Part shown: positions 8,913 through 16,934 of the stretch, piece after piece
Layout of the letters: each line of letters opens with the position of its first letter
How positions within the stretch are numbered: position 1 is the stretch's first letter
Assembly (NCBI GenBank): GCA_963802655.1
Contig: CAWDJM010000016.1
Coordinates: 195,813 to 259,812 of the forward strand
Source of the DNA: an uncultured Solirubrobacterales bacterium
Lineage (GTDB): Bacteria; Actinomycetota; Thermoleophilia; Solirubrobacterales; Solirubrobacteraceae
Length of the DNA: 64,000 nt
Direction: 5' to 3'
Program-made: the position numbers and the translations under genes
The notes under the pieces: model-generated
What the model was told of the DNA's origin: nothing
The model's database searches: none
What the model saw: only the letters and a program-made list of their open reading frames with translations

Positions 8913-10355
8913 TCATGCCTGCGCCCGCTTCGGGAGCAGCCGGGTGAGCCCCGCCACGGCCAGCAGCAGCGCCGCCAGTTCGGCCAGGCTCAGCTCGAGC
9001 GCGTGGGCGTAGCCGCCGTGCAGCGCGCCGAAGAAGATCACGCCGGTGATCGCCACCCCGAGCGCGGCGCCGACGTTCTGCATCGTGGTCAGCGCTCCCG
9101 AGGCGGCGCCGGCGTACTCGGCCGGGACGCTCGACAGGATCGTCGTGGTCAGCGGCACGATCAGCAGGCCCATCCCCGCGCCGATCGCCAGCAGGCCCGG
9201 CACCAGCGCCAACACCGAGCCGCCGACGCCGACGTCGGCCACGGCGGCGAGCAGCAACCCGTGGCCGGCCGCTAGCACCAGCGCCCCGATCGCCAGCAGC
9301 CGGCGCCCGTGACGGGCGATCAGCTGCGGCGCCCGCACGGACGTGACCACGTAGGAGACCGCGAGGATCGTGAACACCAGGCCGGAGTTCATCGCGCTCA
9401 GGCCGCGCCCCTGCTGCAGGTACAGCGCGAGCACGAGGAAGAACGACGCCTGGCCCGACCAGAACGCCAGCTGGGTCAGCAACCCGGCGCTGAACGCCCG
9501 GGCCCGGAACAGCGCCGGCGCCATCACCGGCTGCCCCCCGCGCGCGGCCAGGCGCCGCTGGTGGGCGGCGAAGCCGATCAGGATCAGCGGCGCGATCCCG
9601 AGCGACACCCAGGTCCACAGCGGCCAGTCGTGCTGGCGTCCCTCGACCAGGGGCAGCACCACCGCGGTGATCCCGGTCGTGAGCAGCGCCGTCCCGACGA
9701 GGTCGAGCCGGCTGCCCTGCTCCGAGCGCGACTCGGGCACCACCCGCCGGGCCAGGAACACCGCCACCAGTCCGATCGGCACGTTGATCAGAAAGCAGCT
9801 GCGCCAGCCCAGCCCGGCGATGTCGGCCTGGATCAGCGCCCCGCCGATCAGCTGGCCGCTGACGGCCGCAAGCCCCATCACGAGCCCGTAGGCGCCGAGC
9901 GCCTTGGCCAGGTCGGGGCCCTCGTAGGTGACGCCGATGATCGCCAGCACGTTGGGCATCAGCAGCGCAGCGCCGATGCCCTGGACCAGCCTCGCGAGCA
10001 CCAGGATCTCCGGGCTGCCGGCGACGCCGCAGGCGGCCGAGGACAGCGTGAACACGGTCAGCCCCAGCACGAACGTCCGGCGGCGGCCGATCTGGTCGCC
10101 GAGCCGCGCGGCGACGATCAGGAACACGGCCGAGGTGAGCGCGTAGCCGGCCACGACCCATTCGATCGCGCCGCCGCTGGCGTGCAGCTCGACCTGCATC
10201 GACGGCAGCGCGACGTTGACGATGAAGAAGTCCAGCACGACCATGAACGTGCCGGCGAGCACGACCGGCAGCGCCGCCCACCTGCTCGCCCGCGCCCGGG
10301 CGAGGCCCGCGAACAAGGGTGCCGGGAGAGTTGATGTGTTCTGTTGTGTGGTCAT
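8913..10355 (-). CDS. MFS transporter, DHA2 (EmrB/QacA-like) family
   Basis: 480 aa and 14-TMS-like, with the motif ARLGDQIGRRRTFVLGL. It is a paralogue type of the 394..1890 gene. Confidence 0.85.
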   Translation of the reverse strand: MTTQQNTSTLPAPLFAGLARARASRWAALPVVLAGTFMVVLDFFIVNVALPSMQVELHASGGAIEWVVAGYALTSAVFLIVAARLGDQIGRRRTFVLGLTVFTLSSAACGVAGSPEILVLARLVQGIGAALLMPNVLAIIGVTYEGPDLAKALGAYGLVMGLAAVSGQLIGGALIQADIAGLGWRSCFLINVPIGLVAVFLARRVVPESRSEQGSRLDLVGTALLTTGITAVVLPLVEGRQHDWPLWTWVSLGIAPLILIGFAAHQRRLAARGGQPVMAPALFRARAFSAGLLTQLAFWSGQASFFLVLALYLQQGRGLSAMNSGLVFTILAVSYVVTSVRAPQLIARHGRRLLAIGALVLAAGHGLLLAAVADVGVGGSVLALVPGLLAIGAGMGLLIVPLTTTILSSVPAEYAGAASGALTTMQNVGAALGVAITGVIFFGALHGGYAHALELSLAELAALLLAVAGLTRLLPKRAQA

Positions 10356-10386
10356 GCCGCCAAGTTGCCGGTCGCGCGGGCCCGTG

Positions 10387-10440
10387 TCGATTACCCAGGT
10401 GGTAAGCGCGCGGGGATTCCATTACCCCGCCGGTAATCGA
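10387..10440. promoter_or_regulatory. two ATTACC-N5-GGTAA(T) palindromes in the divergent MFS / NTF2-like promoter region
   Basis: TCGATTACCcaggtGGTAA at 10387-10405 and ATTACCccgccGGTAATCGA at 10421-10440. They lie 32-85 nt upstream of the MFS ATG (10355). Confidence 0.5.
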
Positions 10441-10502
10441 CTTCGGCGGCGGTCGGTGCGAGGTTGCGGGACGTCACTGCAACCCACCTCAGGAGGCCCC
10501 AG

Positions 10503-10868
10503 ATGGCCGATTCGAAGGAAGTCGTCGCCCGCTACATCGAAATGTGGAACGAGACCGACCCGCAGCGCCGGCGCGAGCTCGTCGCCCAGACCGTCACCGA
10601 GGATGCCCGCTACCTGGACCCGCTGATGGCCGGCGAGGGGATCGACGGGATCGCGGAGATGATCGCCGGTGCCCAGCAGCAGTTCCCCGGCCATCGGTTC
10701 GCACTGGTGGCGGGACCCGACGCCCACCACGACTGGGTGCGGTTCACCTGGTCGCTTGCCGCCTACGACGGCGATCCGGCCGCGACCGGGACCGATTTCG
10801 TGACGGTCGCCGAGGACGGGCGGATGCGGGCGATCACCGGGTTCCTCGAGCCCGCCGCCGCCGCTTAG
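10503..10868 (+). CDS. NTF2-like (SnoaL-type) family protein
   Basis: 121 aa from ATG 10503, with AGGAGG 8 nt upstream. VVARYIEMWNETD...FVTVAEDGRMRAITGF is typical of the SnoaL-like fold. Confidence 0.7.
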   Translation: MADSKEVVARYIEMWNETDPQRRRELVAQTVTEDARYLDPLMAGEGIDGIAEMIAGAQQQFPGHRFALVAGPDAHHDWVRFTWSLAAYDGDPAATGTDFVTVAEDGRMRAITGFLEPAAAA

Positions 10869-10869
10869 C

Positions 10870-11197
<328 letters not shown>

Positions 11198-11205
11198 CCC
11201 CGGCG

Positions 11206-11922
11206 CTACCCCCAGAGGTGCTCGAGCACCGCCAGGTTGAACGCGTCGGCTTGCTCGACGTTGGCCAGGTGCGCGGCGCCGTCGAGCACCCGCAGCTGAG
11301 CGTCTGGGACGCGGGCGGCGATCAGCTCGGCGGCCACCGGCGGCGTCGCGGTGTCGTGCGCGCCGGCGACCACCAGCGTGGGCGCGCGGATCTCGCGCAG
11401 CCGCTCCCGCAGGTCGAACCGTCCGGCGGCAGTCAGCGCTAGCGCGTACTCCTCGCGCGGTTTGTCGAGCTGCATCCGCAGGAACGCCTCGCGGTCGGCG
11501 AAAGCGGGCGTGAACCACGACTCGAGCATCCCTGGCGCGACCGTATCGACCCCGCCCGAGCGCACCAGCGCGATCCGCTCGTTGCATTCGGTCTCGTGCC
11601 CCAGCCGGGCCGACGTGCAGGCGAGCACCAGCCGGTCGATCCGGTTGGGCGCCGCGGCCGCGATCGTCATCCCCACCATCGCGCCGAGCGAGAGCCCGCA
11701 GAACGAGAACCGCCGCACCCCGACGCGGTCGAGCGCGTCGACGATCGAGTCGGCCAGCTCACTCACCGACGGTCGGGCGGCGTGCTCGTAGCGCACCACC
11801 GCGAACCGCCGCGCGAATGCGTCGACCTGGCGGTCCCACATCTGCGACGAGGCGCCGAGCGCGTTGGACAGCACCAGCGGCGGCGCGCCCTCAGGTCCGA
11901 TCACGGTCAGGTTGATCGTCAT
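11206..11922 (-). CDS. alpha/beta-fold hydrolase (3-oxoadipate enol-lactonase-like)
   Basis: 238 aa with a GLSLG nucleophile elbow and the C-terminal GAAHLANVEQ motif. Its ATG overlaps the stop of the upstream ABC ATPase (ATGA). Confidence 0.8.
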   Translation of the reverse strand: MTINLTVIGPEGAPPLVLSNALGASSQMWDRQVDAFARRFAVVRYEHAARPSVSELADSIVDALDRVGVRRFSFCGLSLGAMVGMTIAAAAPNRIDRLVLACTSARLGHETECNERIALVRSGGVDTVAPGMLESWFTPAFADREAFLRMQLDKPREEYALALTAAGRFDLRERLREIRAPTLVVAGAHDTATPPVAAELIAARVPDAQLRVLDGAAHLANVEQADAFNLAVLEHLWG

Positions 11923-12896
11923 ACCGGCGACGGGGTTGTGTCCTGGATCTCGGCCGCGGCGGACCCGGGGAAGCAGACGCCTCCGGTCACGCGCACGCGC
12001 ACCTGGTCGCCGGTCGCCGGGCCGGGCAGCGGCGACACCGCGTAGAGCCTGCCCTCGTCGAGCGTGAGCTCGAGCCGAACGCCGTCCTCCAGCGGAATCG
12101 ACCGGGACACGCGCGCCCGCAGCGGGCCCTCAGGGTCGAGCGTCACGTGGTGTGATCGGACGAGCTGGACCTCGCCGGTTGGCAGCGACAGCGTTCCGTC
12201 GAAGCCCAGAAAGCGCGCCACCTCGACCGTCGGCGGACGCTCGAGCAACTCGCGCGGGGGCCCGTCGGCGACCAGCCGCCCCTCGAGCAGCACCAGCAGC
12301 CGGTCGGCCAGCGCCCACGCCTCGGCCCGGTCGTGGACGACTACCAGCGCGGCCGTGGTCCAGGCGCGCAGAGCGGCTCCCGTGTCGTCGAGCATCGCCG
12401 CCCGCGTGGCCGCGTCCAGGCCGGCAAACGGCTCGTCGAGCAACAGCACGTCCGGTCGCACCGATACCGCCCGCGCCAGGTGCACGCGTCGGCGCTCGCC
12501 GCCCGACAGCGTGCTCGCGGCGCGACCCCGTAGGTGATCGGCCTTCATCGCCGCCAGCGCCCCGGCCGCCCGCTCGCGCCGCTGCGCCCGGGGCACGCCC
12601 CACCAGCCGAGCGCGAGCTCGACGTTGGCAGCGACCGTGCGGCGCGCCAGATCCGGCGACTGCAGCGCCAGCGCCACTCGACCCGAGCGCGTGATCTTCC
12701 CGCTCGCTGGCTCCAGCGATCCCGCCAGCGCCTCCAGCAACGTGCTCTTGCCGGCGCCGTTGGGCCCGAGCACGGTGACGAGCTCGCCGGCCCGCAGCTC
12801 GAAGCTCACGTCGCTGACCACCTCACGGCTGCCGCGGCGCAGGCTCAGGTGCCCGCAGCCCAGCATCGGATCGCCCGCGGCCGCGGCCATGCTCAC
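11919..12896 (-). CDS. ABC transporter ATP-binding protein, TupC-like, with C-terminal TOBE-like extension
   Basis: Walker A GPNGAGKST, signature LSGGERRRV and Walker B LLLDEP are present, followed by about 90 aa of beta-rich tail. GTGA overlap with the upstream permease stop. Confidence 0.85.
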   Translation of the reverse strand: MSMAAAAGDPMLGCGHLSLRRGSREVVSDVSFELRAGELVTVLGPNGAGKSTLLEALAGSLEPASGKITRSGRVALALQSPDLARRTVAANVELALGWWGVPRAQRRERAAGALAAMKADHLRGRAASTLSGGERRRVHLARAVSVRPDVLLLDEPFAGLDAATRAAMLDDTGAALRAWTTAALVVVHDRAEAWALADRLLVLLEGRLVADGPPRELLERPPTVEVARFLGFDGTLSLPTGEVQLVRSHHVTLDPEGPLRARVSRSIPLEDGVRLELTLDEGRLYAVSPLPGPATGDQVRVRVTGGVCFPGSAAAEIQDTTPSPV

Positions 12897-13621
12897 GTCG
12901 CCGCCGCCGTCCGGAACCGCAGCCGCAGGCCGCCGCCCTGTTGCTGGAGCAGGCTGAGGCCGCCCATCAACAGCAGGATCAGGACGATCAGCACGAGCCC
13001 GGCCGCCACCGCGTACTCATACCGCGACTGGTTGACGTAATACAGCGTCGAGCTGGCGAGCGTCTGGTCGTAGCCGTAGACGTTTCCGCCCACGATCACG
13101 ATCGCTCCGACCTCCGACAGGCTCGTCCCCAGCGACGCGATCAGGGCCGCCATCACGCCGATCCTAGCTTCGCGCAGGGCCAGGACCGAGAGCTGGAAGC
13201 CACCGGCGCCGAGTAGGCGAGCCTGCCCCACAAGCCCCGACGGGAGGCCCTGGATCGCGGCCGCGCCGAGCGCAACGACGTAGGGCAGCGCGAGCACCGT
13301 CTGCGCGACGAACACCGCCTTCCGAGTGACCGTCAGGTGAAGCCCACCGAGCGGACCCTGCGGCACGAACAGCAGGAACAGGATGAAGCCGACGACCACC
13401 GGCGGCAGCGCGAGGCTGGCGTTCGCGAGCACCTGGAGGGCACGCCGTCCCGGGAATCTCCCCAACCCGATCAACAGCGCGATCGGCAGCCCGATCACGG
13501 CCGCGCACGCGGTCGCCACGACCGCGACCTGGATCGTGAACGAGATGATCTTCCACAGCGTCGGATCGCCATGGAAGATCAGCGGCACCGCGTGGCGGAA
13601 CTCGTCCCACAGCAGCCCCAT
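12893..13621 (-). CDS. ABC transporter permease, TupB-like (copy 2)
   Basis: 242 aa. It has the EAA-loop-type segment ARLLGAGGFQLSVLALREARIGVMAALIASLGTSLSEVGAIVIVGGNV, characteristic of tungstate-type permeases. Confidence 0.85.
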   Translation of the reverse strand: MGLLWDEFRHAVPLIFHGDPTLWKIISFTIQVAVVATACAAVIGLPIALLIGLGRFPGRRALQVLANASLALPPVVVGFILFLLFVPQGPLGGLHLTVTRKAVFVAQTVLALPYVVALGAAAIQGLPSGLVGQARLLGAGGFQLSVLALREARIGVMAALIASLGTSLSEVGAIVIVGGNVYGYDQTLASSTLYYVNQSRYEYAVAAGLVLIVLILLLMGGLSLLQQQGGGLRLRFRTAAAT

Positions 13622-13622
13622 C

Positions 13623-14345
13623 TCAAGCCCCCCGGAAGCGCAGCCGCAGGCCGCCGCCGCGCTGCTGCAGCACGGTCAGGATCCCCACCAGCAGCAGGAT
13701 CAGCACGAGCAGCACGATCGCGATCGCCAGGCCATAGGGATAGTCGACGTAATCGTTGACCTGCTGGAGCACGGCGCTGGCCAGCGTCTGGTCGTAGTTC
13801 TGGATGTTGCCGCCGACGATCACCACCGCACCGACCTCCGACAGGGCCGCCCCGAGCGCCGCGATCACCGCCGCGAACACTCCGATCCTGGCCTCGCGCA
13901 GCGCCAACAGCCCAAGCTGCCAGCGGCCGGCGCCGAGTAGCCGCGCCTGGGCCAGCAGCCCGGGCGCCAGGCCCTGCACCGCGGCGGCGGTCAGCGCGAC
14001 GATGTAGGGCAGCGCCAGAACCGTCTGGGCGACGTACACCGCCTTGAGCGTGAACGCGATGTGCATACCACCGAACAACCCGTTCGGCAGCGCCAGGAGC
14101 AGTACACCGAGTCCCGCCAGCACCGGCGGCAGCGCCAGGCTGGCGTTGGCCAGCACCTGCAGCGCGCGTCGCCCCCGGAAGCGGCCGAGCCCGATCGCGA
14201 GCCCGATCGGCAGGCCGATCACCAGCGCGATCGCGGTCGAAACGAATGCGACCCGAAGCGTCACCCACAGGAGGGCGCGAATGTAGCCGTCCCCGCTGAA
14301 GATCAACGGGATCGCCTGCCGTAGCTGATCCCAGAGGTACGACAT
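13623..14345 (-). CDS. ABC transporter permease, TupB-like (copy 1)
   Basis: 240 aa and a clear paralogue of 12893..13621 (ARLLGAGRWQLGLLALREARIGVFAAVIAALGAALSEVGAVVIVGGNI). Confidence 0.85.
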   Translation of the reverse strand: MSYLWDQLRQAIPLIFSGDGYIRALLWVTLRVAFVSTAIALVIGLPIGLAIGLGRFRGRRALQVLANASLALPPVLAGLGVLLLALPNGLFGGMHIAFTLKAVYVAQTVLALPYIVALTAAAVQGLAPGLLAQARLLGAGRWQLGLLALREARIGVFAAVIAALGAALSEVGAVVIVGGNIQNYDQTLASAVLQQVNDYVDYPYGLAIAIVLLVLILLLVGILTVLQQRGGGLRLRFRGA

Positions 14346-14681
14346 TCAGCGCCGTTTCTGCGGGGGAGCGTTCTGAACGTAGACCAGCTGGCCGTTGTCG
14401 AGCCGGTAGACCACGCCGGCCTGCGTTCCACGGCCGATCGTCCGCTGGCCGGGTTTGGGCAGCGGCGCCACCGTCTGGCCGGGCTTGACGGTGACCTGCT
14501 TCGCCGGGTTCGCCTTCAGGCCGGTCTTGGTGATCGTGCCCTCGAGGTGCAGCGAGGACAGCGCGGCCAGCAGGAACGCCACCGACAGCACGATCCCGAG
14601 GTCGAACAGGTTCACCAGACCGTCGAGCGGGTCTCCGGCACGGTCCTCGCGGCGGCGCGAGCGGGGGGTGACGCTGATCAT
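14346..14681 (-). CDS. DUF2149 / ExbD-TolR-like single-pass membrane protein
   Basis: 111 aa. DPLDGLVNLFDLGIVLSVAFLLAAL resembles the ExbD/TolR N-terminal anchor, followed by a small periplasmic-type domain. ATGA overlap with the upstream MotA/ExbB-like gene. Confidence 0.65.
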   Translation of the reverse strand: MISVTPRSRRREDRAGDPLDGLVNLFDLGIVLSVAFLLAALSSLHLEGTITKTGLKANPAKQVTVKPGQTVAPLPKPGQRTIGRGTQAGVVYRLDNGQLVYVQNAPPQKRR

Positions 14682-15430
14682 GCGGTGGCCTTGTCGGTCG
14701 GTGTGGTGCGCGGATCGTTGAGGATCGCCGCGATGTACTCGAGGTCTGAGAGGTCCTGCCCGTACATGTTGTCGCGCGATAGCGAGAGGCCGAACGCGAC
14801 GGCTCCGACGAGCAACCCGACGACGGTCACGCTGAACGCGACCTGGAGGTTCGAGCTCAGCGCGGCGGTGTTGCCGTTGGCGAGCCCGGTCAGCGCGGGC
14901 GACAGCGGGATCAGCGTGCCCATCAGCCCCAGCGCCGGACCGGCCCGCACCAGCAGCCGCGTGCGCCCGAGCCGCCGCTGGGCGTCGAAGTCGAAGTCGG
15001 CCAGCGCCTTGTTGATCTCGTGGTCGCTGCCGTCGGTCCGCGAGTGCTCGACGATGAACGCGAGCGTGCCCGCCATCGCCTGGCTCTGCGCGAGGCCGCT
15101 GACCGCCGCCTCCGCGCCCTGGCGGTCGCCCTGCAGCAGCGCCTCGCGCGCCCGCTCGGCCCCGCTCGACAGCACCGCGTACCGGCGCCGCCGGCGGCCG
15201 CGCAGCTCGATCACAAAGCTGCCGAGCTCGAAGATCACCAGCGCAAGCGCGACCAGCGCGAGGATCAGCACGGGCACGCGCAGCGCGTTGGCGACGTGGA
15301 AGATGACCTCGTCGATGTCGTGGGTGGTGAGGGCGAAGATCACGAGAACGTCGGCGATGGTGCCACGGCCCTCAGTGGTTGTCCAGTAGTAGGGTCGCAC
15401 CGAGAGGTGACACCGGTGGATGGATCGCAA
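14678..15430 (-). CDS. MotA/TolQ/ExbB proton-channel family protein
   Basis: The C-terminal signature is LVRAGPALGLMGTLIPLSPALTGLANGNTAALSSNLQVAFSVTVVGLLVGAVAF. The start is uncertain. ATG 15430 and GTG 15400 lie inside the repeat element, so GTG 15343 is a plausible true start. Confidence 0.75.
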   Translation of the reverse strand: MRSIHRCHLSVRPYYWTTTEGRGTIADVLVIFALTTHDIDEVIFHVANALRVPVLILALVALALVIFELGSFVIELRGRRRRRYAVLSSGAERAREALLQGDRQGAEAAVSGLAQSQAMAGTLAFIVEHSRTDGSDHEINKALADFDFDAQRRLGRTRLLVRAGPALGLMGTLIPLSPALTGLANGNTAALSSNLQVAFSVTVVGLLVGAVAFGLSLSRDNMYGQDLSDLEYIAAILNDPRTTPTDKATA

Positions 15431-15510
15431 GGACGCAGGACCGAATGCGTAGCGGAGCTACGTCGAGGTCGACGCCGCGAGCCGCCGCCGGGGGCGACTC
15501 GAATGCGACC
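15392..15510 (+). repeat. palindromic repeat element, core copy (related to 35275..35447)
   Basis: The outer stem is GGGTCGCA...TGCGACC and the central hairpin is GCGTAGC-GGA-GCTACG (15447-15462). By eye the left arm and loop are about 80% identical to 35301-35367, in the same orientation. Confidence 0.7.
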
Positions 15511-15530
15511 GTGCTTGCGTGGGCGGCCAC

Positions 15531-16931
15531 TCAGTGGGCGGTACGCGAGCGGCGGCGGCCGCGCAGTTCGTGCCACGCGCCGAGGCCGAGCAATGCGGCT
15601 ACCGCCAGCCCGGCGCCGATCGCGGTCAGCGGCGATGTGGTCACGCTCGTGGCCTGCCGTACGGTCGGCGCGGCGGACGCGGTGGCGGGCACGAGCGGGC
15701 TCGAGCTCTGCGGCAGCGGCGTGACGTCCGCGATCAGCCTGCCGGTGACCAGCGGGCCGGTTGCGGTCGGAGCGGGCTTGTGTGAGGTGGTCCGCTTCGG
15801 GGGCGCACGGTGGGGAGTCGGCGGCGCGGGCGTGGTCGTGGGCGTGGTGGTGGCCGGCGTGGACGCGGTCGGCGTGGTGGTCGTCGATGTGGAGGACTGC
15901 GGCTTTGGCTGCTGGCCGCTCGACGTCGGACTGGACTGTCCTGACGAGTAGCCATTCTGGTTCGAGTTCCCGGACTGCTTGGAGCCGCCGGTGCCGGGGT
16001 TCTGGTTGGGCCCGCCGTTGTCCTTGCCGGTCGGGGACTTCGAGTTCGTGTGCTTGTGGCCGCCGCTCTGTTTGTGGTTGCTCGGAGCGGGTTGGGTAGG
16101 GGTCGTGACCCGGGTCGTGGCGGTGCCCGCGTTGCCGCTCGCCGGGTCGGTCACCTGAACGCTCACGAAGTACGAAGCCCAGGTTGACCCGTGGACGACG
16201 CTGGCCTGCGTCGACGTCTTTCCAGTGTCCTGAAACGTCCATTGCCACTTCAGCGAGGACGGCGGGACGGCGGCCCCGTCGGAAGTGACCGACGCTGAAA
16301 ACTTCAATGCCGTACTGCCTGGGACCGAACGTGTCTTGACCAAGACCGCCAACGGCTGGCTCTTAACCCAAACCAGGATCGTGATCGGCCCGTCGGCGGT
16401 GACGCTGTCCTTGCTGTTGTCATCGCTGCCCCCGCGAAACGGCCGGGCATAGTAGTTGGGACCTGACGGACCGTTGGACGCGATAACCGGCACCGCACCC
16501 GGGTCCTGTGGGTCGTGGTAACTCGTCGGGTCGACTAGATCGGCGTTGGATAGGGGATCTTCGAACCCACTTCCGTTTGCCCGTTGCACCTGAACGTTCG
16601 TCACGTCACTGGTCGGGATCTGCAGGGCGCAGCTGAGCACGGTCGCCAGCGTCCAAGTGGAGCCCGACGGCAGGTTGCCGCCGGGGGACGGTGGGGGTAC
16701 GTACAGCTGGGTCTCGTCGGTCGCCTGACACTCCTGTAGAGCCTGCAGCGCGAGCACGCGTGTGCCCGAGCCCGGATACACGGTCGCGCTGACCACGGGC
16801 ACATCGGCGGACGCGGTCGCCGCCGCGCACGCCGCGACCACCAGCGAGCCCGCGAGCGATAACCACAACCGCCGCCCCGGGAAAACCCCGGGGCGGCGGT
16901 TGAAAGAGCTCCCAGATTGGGTCCGGCGCAA
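15531..16931 (-). CDS. exported PKD-like / Pro-Thr-Ser-rich protein with C-terminal membrane anchor
   Basis: 466 aa. It has a signal peptide (LWLSLAGSLVVAACAAATASA), a PKD-like stretch LKWQWTFQDTGKT...VSVQVTDPASGNAGTATTRV, and a long low-complexity linker rich in S, T, P, G, N and Q. A terminal TM helix is followed by RGRRRSRTAH. Confidence 0.7.
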   Translation of the reverse strand: MRRTQSGSSFNRRPGVFPGRRLWLSLAGSLVVAACAAATASADVPVVSATVYPGSGTRVLALQALQECQATDETQLYVPPPSPGGNLPSGSTWTLATVLSCALQIPTSDVTNVQVQRANGSGFEDPLSNADLVDPTSYHDPQDPGAVPVIASNGPSGPNYYARPFRGGSDDNSKDSVTADGPITILVWVKSQPLAVLVKTRSVPGSTALKFSASVTSDGAAVPPSSLKWQWTFQDTGKTSTQASVVHGSTWASYFVSVQVTDPASGNAGTATTRVTTPTQPAPSNHKQSGGHKHTNSKSPTGKDNGGPNQNPGTGGSKQSGNSNQNGYSSGQSSPTSSGQQPKPQSSTSTTTTPTASTPATTTPTTTPAPPTPHRAPPKRTTSHKPAPTATGPLVTGRLIADVTPLPQSSSPLVPATASAAPTVRQATSVTTSPLTAIGAGLAVAALLGLGAWHELRGRRRSRTAH

Positions 16932-16934
16932 GGC

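Noticed and set aside
15392-15510. Possible Moco or tungsten-cofactor riboswitch upstream of the membrane components of the oxyanion transporter.
   Set aside because: A closely related copy is an insertion inside a coding gene at 35275..35447, flanked by direct repeats. That argues for a mobile or REP-like element. I also could not match the conserved Moco-motif nucleotides from memory on either strand.
15531-16931. Sortase (LPXTG) sorting signal in the C-terminal anchor of the PKD/PT-rich protein, and likewise in 63737..64000.
   Set aside because: A TM helix and an Arg-rich tail are present, but no LPXTG-like or LAXTG-like motif sits immediately upstream. I therefore call only a membrane anchor.
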